From the human T2T-CHM13v2.0 reference genome, Homo sapiens: 64,000 bases of DNA. Positions 1 to 23,425 of this stretch are shown in pieces. The notes beneath the pieces were generated by a model. The model did no database searches. It worked only from the letters and a program-made list of their open reading frames with translations, and was not told where the DNA came from. A program made the translations under genes and the position numbers. The stretch lies in NCBI RefSeq assembly GCF_009914755.1, contig NC_060931.1; one strand, written 5' to 3'. Every line of letters starts with the position of its first letter. The first letter of the stretch is position 1.

Positions 1-184
1 TGCGCCACTGTCCTCCAGCCTGGGTGACAGAGAGACTATTTTTATCTGTCTCCAAAAAAATAAAAAAATAAAAAAAACGAAACAAGAATTATCTGGAATT
101 CAGCCGTAGGAAGGTTTTTTCAGGTGTGCGTGAAAGAACACAGGCATGAAATATCCTGTCTGGCATGTGGCAGTATGTTTGTTA

Positions 185-361
<177 letters not shown>

Positions 362-400
362 TTAGCTGGGTGGGTGTGGTGGTGGGTGCCTGTAATCTCA

Positions 401-589
<189 letters not shown>

Positions 590-628
590 CTAATTTGAAT
601 TACAACAGAAATACTATTTCTTTTTTTA

Positions 629-901
<273 letters not shown>

Positions 902-1368
902 TTAAATTGAAAGAAAAAGAGAAAAAGAGGCTGAGTGTGGTGGGAAAATCAAGTGGGAAGATCACTTGAGGCCAAGAGTTCAAGACCAGCCTAGGCAACA
1001 TAGTGAGACCCTGGTCTCTATACTTAAAAAATAAAATAAAAAGAAATCTTGGGCCGGGTGCAGTGGCTCATGCCTGTAATCCCAGCACTTTGGGAGCCGA
1101 GGCAGGTGGATCATCTGAGGTCAGGAGTTCGAGACCAGCCCGGCCAACATGGTGAAACCCCGTCTCTATTTAAAATACAAAAATTAGCCAGGCATGCCAG
1201 GCGCAGTGGCTCATGCCTGTAATCCCAGCACTTTGGGAGGCTGAGGTGGCTGGATCACGAGGTCAGGAGTTCAAGACCAGCCTGGCCAACATGGTGAAAC
1301 TCCATCTTTACTAAAAATACAAAACTTAGCCACACGCAGTGGCAGGAGCCTGTAATCCCAGCTACTCA

Positions 1369-1665
<297 letters not shown>

Positions 1666-2319
1666 TTATTTCTAAGCACATTGTTAGAATATTCTAACCA
1701 CTTTCAAACTGACCCACGATGATAAAACTGCAGTTTCAGGCCAATGATTCCCAGGGGAAATAAGGGAACTTTATACAATGGTGATCTAAGGGAACTTTAC
1801 ACAACGTTGTTGACTAGAGGAACACTCTGGAAGACAGCGAATGTGGATTCTTGCCTAAACTGGAAGTTTATAAAAATTTTCCATGAGGTGGCAGCAGTTC
1901 TTCAAGTAGTTGTGAAAAATGATCTTGTTTGAAATTTATATTTTCTTTTTTTTTTTTTTTTTTTTTTTAGAGACAAGGTCTCGCTGTGTCACCCAGGCTG
2001 GAGTGCAGTCCTGTGATTATAGCTCACTGCAACCTTGACCTCCTGTGCTCCAGCAATCCTCCTGCCTCAGTCCTCCAAGTAGCTGGGATTACACATGCAA
2101 GCCACCATGTCCAGCTAATTTTCTTTTTATTTTTTTGTAAAGATGGAGTCTTGCTCTGTTGCCCAGGCTGGTCTCAAACTCTTGGCCTCAAGAGATCCTC
2201 CCAGTTTGGCCTCTCAATTAGATTTCCTTTCTTTCCTTTCTTTTTTCCCTCCTTCCCTCCCTCCCTCCCTCCTTTCCTTCCTTCCTTCCTTCCTCCTTTC
2301 TCTTCTTTTTTTTTTTTGA

Positions 2320-2722
<403 letters not shown>

Positions 2723-2942
2723 TGATCCACCCACTCCCTCTCTCCCTCCCTCTCTTCCTTCCTTCCTTCTTTCATTCCTTTCGTCCTTCCTTTCTTCTTT
2801 CCTCCCTCCCTCCCTTCCTTCTTTTTCTTTCTTCTTTCTTTCTCTTTCTTTTCTTTGCTTTGTTTTGCTTTGCTTTCTTTTTCTTTCTCCACCACAGAGG
2901 TCTCTTTCATACACTTGGATTTGTCTGTTTAAATAAAACCTA

Positions 2943-3137
<195 letters not shown>

Positions 3138-4049
3138 TCAGGAGGCTGAGGCAGGAGAATCACTGCACCTGGGAGGAGGAAGTTGCAGTGGGCCGAGATT
3201 GCACCACTGCACTCCAGCCTGGGCCACAGAGCAAGACTCCATCTCAAAAATACATATATACATATATATATATTTTGTTTTTTTAGACAGTTTTTTTTTT
3301 TGTTTTTTTTTTGTTTTTTTTTTTTTGTTTTTGAGACAGAGTCTTGCTCTGTCACCCAGGGTGGAGTGCAGTGGGTCAATCTCAACTCAGTGCAACCTCC
3401 GCCTCTGGGGCTCCGCCATCCTCCCCACTCAGCCTCCCAAGTAGCTGGAACTACAGCTGTACACCACCATAACTGGCTAATTTTTGTATTTTTTGTGTGT
3501 GGAGATGGGAGATTTCGCCGTATTTCCCAGGCTGGTCTCAAATTCCTGACCTTAAGTTATCCGCCTGCCTCGGCCTCCCAAAGTGCTGGGATTACAAGCA
3601 TGAGCCACCTCGGCCGGAACAATTTAAAAATATTTAAAGTCGTTTTAAGTGTCACTCTTTTCTTAACAGTATTTTCTACCAATTAATGCCAACTGAGGTT
3701 CTTCTATCTTTCAAGTCCATTTCCAAACAGTCTAAGGAAAGATGCAAAATTCAATTTCCACTCCAGCTACTGGAAAGCAGTATTTAATTTTAGTCCTGCC
3801 AAACAAAATGAAGCAAGCGGTAAGTGATTGTGGCACATGGAAGTGTTTCATGCTTCAGACCGATTGAGTTCGTTGTCCTTTACTTTCCACTCTGAGGCTG
3901 GCTGCCCTGTTAATTTCCATTTTCTCAGGGATTACACTGATCTCAATTTACACCGTAATAATAATAAGAAGAAAAGAATCAAGCTAAGTAAATTACAGCA
4001 GAGAGCAAAACGTGGAATGGATGGGCCCTTACAGAAGAGACTTGTTTTC

Positions 4050-4300
4050 AGGCTGAGAACAAAGGAGTGTGGATGGATTAGGACAGCCTGAGTCCAGCCT
4101 CAGCCTCTTACCAGCTGGGCTCCTCACCTGATCTCTCTAAGCCGGTTTTTTCAAGCACAAACATAATGACAACAATACCTACTTAGAGGATTTGGGAATG
4201 CAAAGAGGAGAAAAAATATCCATGAAAATACTTGAAAAAATTTTCCGTGCCGCACACGTCGGCTGCAGTTAGATCAGGTATTTATCAAGTCACCCAAATA
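4050..4300 (+). mobile_element. MIR
   Basis: CAGCCTGAGTCCAGCCTCAGCCTCTTACCAGCTG...CTCTCTAAGCC...AATGACAACAATACCTAC resembles the MIR core. Confidence 0.6.
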
Positions 4301-5033
4301 TTTTTACCCACCAGCTTTTCTCTCCTCCTACTTTTTGCCTGTCTCCCATGCCAGAGAGACAAAGGAGGTAAAAACCAAAGTCCTCATCCTCTTCTCAATC
4401 AATTCATTGGCTGGTTCTCATCCCTGGCTGCAGATCACAGACCCCGGGGAGCCTTCGCCCCACCCCAGGGCCATTGCAACAATCCCTCCGGGGTGGGGCA
4501 TGGGCTTGAAGCCACCACTTCATAAACCCTCTCTCTGAACGTCCTTGAAAGGACTCTGCCATACCCTGGGAGGTCACGTGGTTTTCTTGCTAAGGCTACT
4601 GCCAGCCAAGAAACCAAAGCTTTTGCTGAAATGAATCTGTTAAACAGCTGCTTCAAATTCAACCTCACAGATCCCTGGGGTATGAAACTGTCTGCCCTCA
4701 TGGAGTTAAATGGGCATACTTTCATTCTGGTATGATTGCAGCATTTTAACTAGCAATGTTATGGAGTTTTTCAACATTGAAAGTGGTTATCTGTGACCCA
4801 TAATTTGCGAGATCTTTAATTTAATATAATTAGAGGGACACTCCTGAAACAAACGTCCACATAACCAAAGGCATTAGATGACTACTCAAATACATTACTT
4901 CAGCACCTTTCTCCTTTCCCTTTCCTCTTCCGTGTCTCTTCCCAAAAATGATGCTTAAATTCAGAGGTTTGGGTTTTGGGGGATTTTTTTTTTAACTAAT
5001 TAAGCAATTTATCGGTTGCAACTAAGCTTATTA

Positions 5034-5183
<150 letters not shown>

Positions 5184-5490
5184 TTAAAATACAACATTAG
5201 GCGGGCGTGGTAGTGCATGCCTGTACTCCCAGCTACTCAGGAGGCTGAGGCAGGAGAATGGTGTGAACCCGGGAGGCGGAGCTTGCAGTGAGCCAAGATC
5301 ACGCCACTTCACTCCAGCCTGGGCGACAGAGCGAGACTCCGTCTCAAAAAAAAAAAAAAAGAAAAAAGAAAATATTACTGGTTTTTGGTTAGTTTTAAGT
5401 CAGAGGCATTCATTAATAAGGAATCTTCAAATGTGAGTGTTCCAGAAATGTTCTCCATGCCATCTGAATTATCAAGAATAAGTTTCTCTA

Positions 5491-5823
<333 letters not shown>

Positions 5824-6542
5824 CTAGGCCGGACACCAGGTGCAGTGGCTCATGCCTGTAATCCCAGCACTTTGGGAGGCCAAGGTGGGTGGATTACTTG
5901 AGGCCAAGCGTTTGAGACCAGCAGGATTACAACATGGTAAAAACCCACTCTACAAAAAATACGAAAAATTAGCCAGGTGTGGAGGCAGGCACTTGTAGCT
6001 AGTCAGGACACGAAGGTGGGAGGATCACTTGAGCCCAGGAAATCGAGGCTTCAGTGAGCTGTGACTGTACCATTGCCCTGAAGCCTGAGCAACAGAACAA
6101 GACCCTGTCTCAAACAAACAAAAACATCTCTAACATTACCTTTTTCTGCGAAATATCTGTGTACATTTGAACTGAACTCAGAATTTTTCAAAATAAGCCT
6201 TAAATTAAAACTATTCTCGCTGGATGTAGTGGCTCACGCCTGTAATCCCAGCACTTTGGGAGGCTGAGGTGGGCGGATCAAGAGGTCAGGAGATCGAGAC
6301 CATCCTGGCTAACACAGTGAAACCCCGTCTCTCTAAAAAAAAAAATACAAAAAATTAGCCGGGCATGGTGGCAGGTGCCTGTAGTCCCAGCTACTCAGGA
6401 GGCTGAGGCAGGAGAATGGCGTGAACCCAGGAGGTGGAGCTTGCAGTGAGCCGAGATCGTGCCACAACACTCCAGTATGGGCGACAGAGCGAGACTCTGT
6501 CTCAAAAACAAACAAACAAACAAACAAACAAAAACTATTCTC

Positions 6543-6577
6543 ATCACTTCTCGGCCTTTTGGCTAAGTTCAAATGTA
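6543..6577 (+). pseudogene. 3'-truncated U2 snRNA retro-pseudogene (first 35 nt)
   Basis: ATCACTTCTCGGCCTTTTGGCTAAGTTCAAATGTA versus the U2 5' end ATCGCTTCTCGGCCTTTTGGCTAAGATCAAGTGTA (3 mismatches). It is flanked by AAACTATTCT direct repeats. Confidence 0.9.
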
Positions 6578-6717
6578 AAACAAACTATTCTGTAGATCGG
6601 GCACAGTGGCCTGTAATCCCAACACTTTGGGAGGCTAAGGAGGGAGGATCGCTTGAGCTCAGGAGTTCGAGAGCAGCCTGGGCAACATAGCAAAATCTTA
6701 TCTTCACAAGAAATTCA

Positions 6718-6843
<126 letters not shown>

Positions 6844-7239
6844 CTAGGTAATAGAGTGAGACTCTGTCTCAAAAAATAAATAAATAAATAAAGTAAACGT
6901 ACACTGAACTTCACCCCAAAAACAGGAGCCCTCTGTTGTGCTGCCTTGGAAACCAAGGGGAAGTCACTGGTAGCAAAACTCAGGCTGCTATGGGCCAGGT
7001 ATTTCCCTATTAGGGATCACACGTCCACTAGTTCCAAGGCCACACTGTGTATCTGTAGCACCATTATTATATCATCATAACCACATCTATGACCATCCTA
7101 ACTTATAATTCATACTCTGTGCCTGCAAAGTCCTTGGGTTTGACCACTATCCCTATTTACAAAGCCATTCACCATTGGCCAGGTGCTGTGGCTCACTCTT
7201 GTAATCCCAGCACTTTGGGAATCTGAGGCAGGCAGATCA

Positions 7240-7555
<316 letters not shown>

Positions 7556-7588
7556 CTAAAAAAAAAGCCATCCACTATCCACTATTAA

Positions 7589-8222
<634 letters not shown>

Positions 8223-8249
8223 GCAAGCAAATGATTTTTTTTTTTTTGA

Positions 8250-8429
<180 letters not shown>

Positions 8430-8488
8430 TAGTAGAGATGGGGTTTCACCATGTTAGCCAGGATGGTCTTGATCTCCTGACCTCATGA

Positions 8489-8821
<333 letters not shown>

Positions 8822-8933
8822 TGAGCCATCGTGCTCAGCCAGGAAATATTTTTAACCATAATTGTGTTGCATCAAATTCACAGCCAGAAAGCAGAAATCT
8901 GAAAATTCGAAGCTTAGCAATAAGTACGTAAAC

Positions 8934-9031
8934 CACACACACACACACACACACACACTCATACATACACACATTCACACATGCATACACACATTCACAC
9001 ATATACACACACATTCACACATATACACACA
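8934..9031. repeat. (CA)n-rich microsatellite
   Basis: Read directly. Confidence 0.95.
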
Positions 9032-9220
9032 CGCTTCCTATAGAACTGAGCTCAGGACAAAATCCAACTGTGAGGGCCACTGAAGGCCTGTTTTGCAAAA
9101 CGGCTGCTCCAGTTTTTTTTCATCTGGATGAGCAGAAGAGAAAGACATGCTTGTGGGCCAGGCGCAGTGGCTCACGCCTGTAATCCCAGCACTTTTGGGG
9201 GGGCCTAGGCAGGTAGATCA

Positions 9221-9460
<240 letters not shown>

Positions 9461-9463
9461 CTA

Positions 9464-9924
<461 letters not shown>

Positions 9925-10280
9925 TCACACAAGACTCGTCCCATTCTGCAGGTCTGGATTTGAGGATTTGCTCCTGGGCTTCACTGGTTATCTGCACATC
10001 GGTGCCAACTGGCAAAGGTCAAGGTAGGCTGGATCCAGGCTGGAACCAGCAGGTGCCCTGAGGACTGCGACAGGAAGCCAATTAGGAACAACTTCTTATT
10101 GTCTCCTTGCTGAAAACCACAGAGTTCTTATCTTCTGAAAACTTTGCTCTGGGCTGGAAGGCGTGGCTGGTTGCCCTGCTGGTATCAGGGCCACAGTGGG
10201 AACCAGTACTGGCCATTGGACTAAGTGTCCTTTTTTTAATTAAAAAAAAAAAAGTTGGATTATTTTATATACAGTATTAG

Positions 10281-10556
<276 letters not shown>

Positions 10557-10559
10557 TGA

Positions 10560-11063
<504 letters not shown>

Positions 11064-11132
11064 TAATCCCAGCACTTCGGGAGGCCGAGGCGGGTAGATC
11101 ATGAGGTCAGGAGATCGAGACCATCCTGGCTA

Positions 11133-11349
<217 letters not shown>

Positions 11350-11494
11350 TCAGTAGGCTGAGGTGGGAGGATCACTTGAGCTAGGGATGTCAGGGTTGCA
11401 GTGAGCTGACATCTTGCCACTACGCTCCAGCCTGGGCTGCAGAGCAATACCCTGTCTAAAAAAGAAAAAAAAGAAGAAAGTAAGCAGGCAAGCA

Positions 11495-12028
11495 GGTCAG
11501 TGATTGCCAGGGCCTGGGGTGGTGGGTGGTGAAGAAAATTAACTAATGAAGAGGGGCACAGGAAACTTTCTAGAGCAATGGAAGTGTTGCATATATTTTT
11601 TTTTGACGGAGTCTTGCTCTGTCGCCCAGGCTGGAGTGCAGTGTTGTGATCTCGGCTTACTGCGACCTCCACCTCCTGGGTTCAAGCCATTCTCCTGCCT
11701 CAGCCTCCGGAGTAGCTGGGATTTCAGGCACGGCATGCGCCAGCACGCCCGGCTAATTTTTGTATTTTTAGTAGAGACAGGGTTTCACCATGTTGGCCAG
11801 GCTGGGCTCAAACTCCTGACCTCAGATGATCTGCCTGCCTCGGCCTCCCAAAGTGCTGGGATTACAGGCATGAGCCACCGCACCCAGCCCTGTATCTTGA
11901 TTATGGTGGGGGTGACACGGGTGAGTGAAAATATTTGCTAAGGCTCCTTTAAGTAAACACATAAAAACGAATGCATTTTATTCTGTGTAAATAAAATACT
12001 TGAATAAAGTTGTTAAAAAAAAAAAAAA
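11495..12028 (+). mobile_element. Old L1M 3' end split by an Alu
   Basis: CAGTGATTGCCAGGG...GGGCACAGGAAACTTTCT...TATCTTGATTATGGTGG...TGCATTTTATT...AATAAAGTTG plus poly(A). Confidence 0.7.
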
Positions 12029-12387
12029 GCAGCAGCAGCTTAGTCCAGCTTCCCTGAGTGGGTGGTGTAATTTCGCCTGGAAGCGGAGGCTGGAATGACA
12101 GGCATCTTGGCCAACGTGTTCAGCACAAACCAGTCAACTGGCACAGAGGGCCCATTGTGATCAGACCACAGACTCTTCAGACAGAGCTGCATCTTCCCCT
12201 GCGCCCCGGCCAGCGCTGGCTGTGTGCCATTCCCTCTGCACCCTGTGCACCTTGACACAGTAGATCTCTGCACAAGCCCTTCTCTTTGCCTCCTTACCCC
12301 CTACCCTCCACCTTCTTCACCAGGAAAGTTCTATGCATTGTTCAAATGCCCCCACTCCCCACCTCCTCTGGGCTCTTTTTTTTTTGA

Positions 12388-12942
<555 letters not shown>

Positions 12943-13051
12943 TAGTTTCACCATGTTGGCCAGGCTGGTCTCAAACTCCTGATCTTAGGTGATCTGCCCA
13001 CTTCAGCTTCTCAAAGTGCTGGTATTCCAGGCAGGAGCCACCATGCCCGGC

Positions 13052-13215
13052 CTCTGGGCTCTTATTACAGATGCCATAGTCAGATTGTATTATAACCTGT
13101 TCACAACGCTGTCCTCCCACAAGTCCGTAAACTTCTTGAGGTCACAGATGGTACCATTTTTATCTCTGCATCCCCAAAGCACCTAACACATTCCCTAAAA
13201 CACAGCAATAAAACA
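13052..13215 (+). mobile_element. L2 3' end
   Basis: GTAAACTTCTTGAGG...TCTCTGCATCCCCAAAGCACCTAACACA...CAATAAA resembles the L2 tail. Confidence 0.55.
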
Positions 13216-13449
13216 TTCCTTGCATCCTTGTCAAGCAATGGTGTCAGCCCTTTACACGCTTTGTTTATTTATTTATTTATTTATTTATTTATTGACGGAA
13301 TTTATTTAGAGACAGCCTGTTGCCCAGGCTGGAGTGTGATGGTGTGATCATAGCTCACAGCAGCCTCGAGCTCCTGCACTCAAGCAATCCTCTCACTTCA
13401 GCCTCCTGAGTAGCTGGGGCCACGGGTGTGTGTCTCCAAACCCAGCTAA

Positions 13450-13903
<454 letters not shown>

Positions 13904-14418
13904 AAATTTTTCTTTTTTGTAGAGATGGGGTCTCCCTATGTCGCCTGGGCTGGTGTCAAATTCCTGACCTCGAGTGATCCTCCTGCCTTGGCTTCCTAAA
14001 GGGCTGAGATTACAAGTGTGAGCCACTGTGCCTGGGCAACTCAAGTCCCCTTCACCTTCAGTCATTCAGTCAACAAACACCAAATACTTGCTCCACACTA
14101 GGCATGCCCCAGGCCAATGAATGAGGCTTGGTCCCCGCCCTTAGTGAGCTTATATAAGAGGAAGACTCACAAACAGTGGGCTTTTTGGATGGAAACATGA
14201 ATGAATGAATGAATGAATGAGTGAATACAAGCTGCCTTTCCTCTCCACTGCTGTCTGGGTGATCACGCAGTATGTGCGGCAGGTGCCTATCCCGTCCCAT
14301 TCCACGTCCGCTCTGGAGGGTCCTAATCTAGGACACCTTAGCGTATCTCATAGATGGCCAGCTATGGATCTAAGATTCATTGGGCCAATGGATTTGTACT
14401 TTTTTGGTGGGCTAATAG

Positions 14419-14666
<248 letters not shown>

Positions 14667-15544
14667 TAGACATCAAGTGATTCACCTGCCTCGGCCTCCC
14701 AAAGTGGCAGGATTACAGGGGTGAGCCACTGTACCTGGCCTGTTTTTGTATTTTATTATCAAAATCTAGTGGATTTTATTAACTAGGCTTATGTTGAGGG
14801 CCGGACGCGGTGGCTCATGTCTGTAATCCCAGCACTTTGGGAGGCTGAGGTGGGCAGATCACCTGAGGCCAGGAGTTCAAGATCATCCTGGCCAACATGG
14901 TGAAACCTCGTCTCTACTAAAACTACAAAAATTAGCCTAGCATGGTGGCACGTGCCTGTAATCTCAGCTATTCAGGAGGCTGAGGCAGGACAATCACTTG
15001 AATCCGGGAGACAGAGGTTGCAGCAAGCCGAGATTATGCCACTGCACTGCAGCTGGGGCGACAGAGCGAAACTCCGTCTCAAAACAAAAAAACAAAAAAC
15101 AAAAAAACTAGGGTTATGTTGGCATCGCTTGCTTTTTTTTTTTTTTTTTGAGACAAGGTCTCGCTCTGTCACCCAGGCTGGATTCCAGTGCTGTGATCAT
15201 AGCTCACCACAGCCTCAAACTCCTGGGCTCAGATGATCCTCCCACCACAACCTTCTGAGTAGGTGGGAATACAGGGGTGCACCACGACACCTGGATAATT
15301 TTTAAAATTTTTTGTAGAGGTCAGGGGTCTCACTATCTTGCCCAGGCTGGTCTTGAACTCCGGGCCTCAAGCGATTCTCCTGCCTTGGCCTCCCAAAGTG
15401 CTGGTATTACAGGCACACCATACCAAGCCTGCATTTTCACTTAAATTCGCATTTGGAGTACCTAACCCCCACACATGTGGGTAAAGAACCAAACATAAGT
15501 TTCCTTGTCAGCTGCTGCTGCTTTTTTTTTTCTTTTGAAACTGA

Positions 15545-15868
<324 letters not shown>

Positions 15869-16181
15869 TGAAATTTCTCATGTATTCGGATATCTGTTGC
15901 TAATAAGTTTTGTTCGTTTTGTTTGCCAAAACTTGATTTTCCCATCCCTTTGGGAAGCCAAGGCAAGAGGATCACTTGAGGCCAGAAGTTTAAGACTAGC
16001 ATGGCCAGGCCGGGCACGGTGGCTCACGCTAGTAATCCCAGCACATTGGGAGGCTGAGGCAGGCGGATCATGAGGTCAGGAGTTTGAGACCAGTCTGGCC
16101 AACACGGTGAAACCCTGTCTCTACTAAAGATACAAAAATTAGCCCGGCGTAGTAGCACGCGCCTGTAGTCCCAGCTACTCA

Positions 16182-16328
<147 letters not shown>

Positions 16329-16917
16329 CTACTAAAAATACAAAAATTAGCCAGGCGTGGTGGTGCACGCCTGTAATCCCAGCTACTCAGGAGGCTGCGG
16401 CACGAGAATTGCTTGAACCCAGGAGTTGGAGGCTGCAGTGAGCCTAGATTTCACCACTGTACTCCAGCCTGGGTGACAGAGTGAGACTCTGTCTCAAAAA
16501 AAAAGAAAAGAAAAAAAAAGAACTTGATTTTCAGGGAATGAACTTTCCTAGTGAGGTTTCTTTAAAAATCTTTAATTTCCTGTGTCTGCAGTATGTCAGG
16601 AGGTGGTTCACAGCTCATTTCACTTTGCTTGAAACAAAGTATAAGCTTTCAGTTGGGGAGGAGTGTTGCTTGTTTACTACTTTTCAATTCATTAGTAGAA
16701 GAGATAAAATTGTGCCTTATGTTTTACCTCATGGTAGGGCCCAGAACAATGCAATCTGGAAATAAGTACACTGTTTTAATTTTTTTGCACTTTTTGTGTG
16801 TGTGGAGACAGGATCTCCCTATGTTGTCCAGGCTGGTCTCAAACTCCTGGGCTCCAGCCATCCTCCCACCTCTGCCTCCCAAAGTGCTGGGATTACAGCA
16901 TGAGCCACCACGCCTAG

Positions 16918-17196
<279 letters not shown>

Positions 17197-18109
17197 TGAT
17201 CTGCCCGCCTCGGCCTCCCAAAGTGCTGGGATTACAGGCATGAGCCACTGCGCCCAGCCAGTTTACTTTAGTTTCTTTTTTTCCTCTCTTTAAATTTTTT
17301 ATGCACAAGTAGATTTTTTATTTTTCTTTTGAGACAGGGTTTCTAGCACCAGGCTGGAGTATACTGGTGCAATCATGGCTCACTGCAGCCTCTAACTCCT
17401 GACCTTAGGCAGTCCTCTTACCTTACCTCAGTAACATGATATAGGTTGTTTTTTTGTTTGTTTGTTTGTTTTTTGTTTGTTTGTTTTTTTTTTTTGAGAC
17501 GGAGTCTCCCTCTGTCGCCTAGGCTGGAGTGCAGTGGCACGATCTCGGCTGACTGCAAGCTCCGCCTTCCGGGTTCACGCCATTATCCTGCCTCAGCCTC
17601 TTGAGTAGCTGGGACTACAGGTGCCTGCCACCACGCCCGGCTAATTTTTTGTATTTTTAGTAGAGACAGGTTTTCACCGTGTTAGCCAGGATAGTCTTGA
17701 TCTCCTGACCTCATGATCTGCCCACCTCAGCCTCCCAAAGTGCTGGGATTACAGGCGTGAGCCACTGCGCCGGGCAATATAGGTTTTTATAAGAATTAAA
17801 TCTATTATCAAGCCAGGTGTGGCCGCTCATGCCTGTAGTCCCAGCACTTTGGGAGGCCAAGGCAGGCGGATCCCCTGAGGTCAGGAGTTCGAGACCAGCC
17901 TGGCCAACATGGTGAAACCCCGTCTCTGTTAAAAATACAAAAATTAGCTGGGCATTGTGGCAGGCAACCTATAATCTCAGCTACTTGGGAGGCTGAGGCA
18001 GGAGGAGTGCTTGAGCCCAGGGCAAGGCTACAGTGAGCTGTGATCACATCAGTGCTCTCTAGCATGGGAGAGAGAGTGAGACCCTGTCTCTCAAAAAAAC
18101 AAACAAACT

Positions 18110-18410
18110 ATGATAACTGAATAATAAAAAGACAAGCAACCTTCACAAAATGGGCAAGAAACACACATGACCAATGAGCAAAAGATGCTCCACTTCGTCT
18201 GTTATTAGGGTAATGCAAATCAGAATTACAGTGAGATATCTTTCATACCCATAGCAATCAGACAGGAAAAAGCAAAAGCAGAAAATAAGTATTGACAAGG
18301 ATGTGGAGACACTGGAACCCTAGCGCATTGCTGGTGGGAGTGGAAAAATCATGCAGCCACTGTGGTACTTTGATGGTTCCTCAAAAAGTTAAATATAAAA
18401 TTACCATGCG
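18110..18410 (+). mobile_element. L1M ORF2 3' fragment
   Basis: AAAATGGGCAA...AAAGATGCTC...ATGCAAATCA...GACAAGGATGTGGAG...TGCTGGTGGGA...GTTCCTCAAAAAGTTAAA. Confidence 0.8.
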
Positions 18411-19065
18411 AGGCTGGGCACAGTGACTCACGCCTGTAATCCCAGAACTTTGAAAGGCCGAGGTGGGAGGATTGCTTGAGGTCAGGAGCTTGAGACCAGC
18501 TTAGCCAACATAGTAAAATCCCGTCTCTACTAAAAATACAAAAATTAGCCAGGCGTGGTGGGACTGTAGGTGGGACTACAGTCCCAGCTACTTGGGAGGT
18601 TGAGGCACTGCACTGCAGCCTGGGTGACAGAGTGAGAGAGACTTTGTCTCAAAAAAAAAAAAGAAAAAAGAAAAAGAAAAATGTCATGTGAGGCTGGGCA
18701 TGGTGGCTCACGCCTGTAATCCCAGCACTTTGGGAGGCTGAAGTCGGAGGATTGCTTGAGGCCAGGATATCAAGACCAGTCTGGGCAACATAGTAAGACC
18801 CCATCTCAATTTTTTTTTTTTTTTTGAGACAGAGTCTCACTCTGGAGTACAGTGGCGTGATCTCGGCTCACTGCAACCTCCACCTCCGGGTTCAAGCGAT
18901 TCTCCTGTCTCAGCCTCTCAAATAGCTGGTATTACAGGTGTGCACCACCATGCCCGGCTAATTTCTGCATTTTTAGTAGAGACGGGGTTTTACTATGTTG
19001 GCCAGGCTAGAAAAATATTTTTTTAATTAAAAAAAAAAGAATTAGGGACCGGGCGCGGTGACTCA

Positions 19066-19421
<356 letters not shown>

Positions 19422-20125
19422 CTAGTTAGAATGAGATTAAGTTAAAGGGAAACCTTTTCACGGTTTACTCCAGTGCCCTGTGGTTGCGCATGGAGGCAGG
19501 CTGGCTGGCTCAACACGACTGAGATCGGGATTACGGAGGTAACTCATGCTAACCAAGCTCCTACAGACTGAACTATAAAACTAGAGCACCTTTCCCCCAT
19601 GCACAGTTTATAAGGGGAAACAGAATTGTCAGCTGGACTTAACAGAGCTTTCGTTCTAAGCTGTTTACGTTCTCTCCGTCTGCCAACTGCATGCATGGAA
19701 ATCCCCATAGGGCGGCAGCTGCCCAGGGAAGGGATTGCATTAGGATTTAGCAATGTCATCGGTCCTGTCCCCCACCTCCTCATACTGGGGTACCCTCCCG
19801 AACACTCCCTTGCCCCACATACTTGTGGGATTTCAGAACCAGTGGGGAAGGGCACGGCTCTGAGTGCAGGGCGGAGGAGGACTTCCGCCACCTGGAAACC
19901 GAGGGCCTGGGGCTGCAGGGGAAGTGACCAGTGTCTGTGCTGCCAGGGAGCCCTGGGAGGTGGCCATTCAGAGGAGGGCAGCGGCGGGGGAAGGTGCCCA
20001 CAGGCCACCAAAGGCCACAGCAGGCGCAAGGGCTTGGGGCCAGGAGGGACAGCCCTAAAGCCACCGTGAAAAGGATAGCCCTGGACAGCCAGGCTGACGC
20101 AGGAGAGAGAAAAAGATCTCGGTGT

Positions 20126-20129
<4 letters not shown>

Positions 20130-20172
<43 letters not shown>
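20130..20172. repeat. (GA)n microsatellite
   Basis: Read directly. Confidence 0.95.
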
Positions 20173-20175
<3 letters not shown>

Positions 20176-20340
20176 TAATTATTGGGGTGGGGAGGGCATT
20201 TCTCACTGTTGATTTTTAACACCGAAGACATTAAGAAAAAAAAAATTGTACTCCAGCCTGGGCAACAGAGTGAGACTCTGTCTCAAAAAACAGAAAAAGA
20301 AAAAAATTGGTAAGTTTCACTATGTAAAAATGAAACTTCA

Positions 20341-20998
<658 letters not shown>

Positions 20999-21009
20999 TA
21001 AAGCGCTTA

Positions 21010-21975
<966 letters not shown>

Positions 21976-22041
21976 GATGGCTGGGTGCGGTGGCTCACGC
22001 CTGTAATCCCCACACTTTGGGAGGCCGAGGCGGGCGGATCA

Positions 22042-22307
<266 letters not shown>

Positions 22308-22705
22308 TCACCCCTGTAATCCCAGCACTTTGGGAGGCTGAGGTGGAAGGATCACTTGAGCCCAGGAGTTTGAGACTAGCCTGGCCAACATGGCAAAACC
22401 CTATCTCTACGAAAATACAAAAATTAGCTGGGTGTGGTGGCGGATGCCTGTAATCTCAGCTACTCAAGAGGCTACGGCACAAGAATTGCTTGAACTCAGG
22501 AGGCAGAGGTTGCCATGAGCTGAGATTGTGCCACTGCACTCCAGACTGGGTGACACAGTGAGACTCCGTCTTAAAAAAAAAAAAAAAAGATATAAGAGAA
22601 TGCCAAGCCAATTAACATTGCAAAAATATAAGAAACAACTTAGGCTGGGCGCGGTGGCTCACGCCTGTAATCCCAGCACTTTGGGAGGCCGAGACGGGCG
22701 GATCA

Positions 22706-23110
<405 letters not shown>

Positions 23111-23236
23111 CTAAGAGAGTACACTCCCCCTTTTAAAAATCATATTCATGGCCCGGCGCGGTGGCTCACGCCTGTAATCCCAACACTTTGGGAGGCTGAG
23201 GCGGGCAGATGACCTGAGGTCAGGTGTTCGATATCA

Positions 23237-23425
<189 letters not shown>

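Noticed and set aside
19544-20206. 220-aa minus-strand ORF and overlapping ORFs
   Set aside because: Partly encoded by the (GA)n repeat, with no recognisable domain or supporting exon structure.
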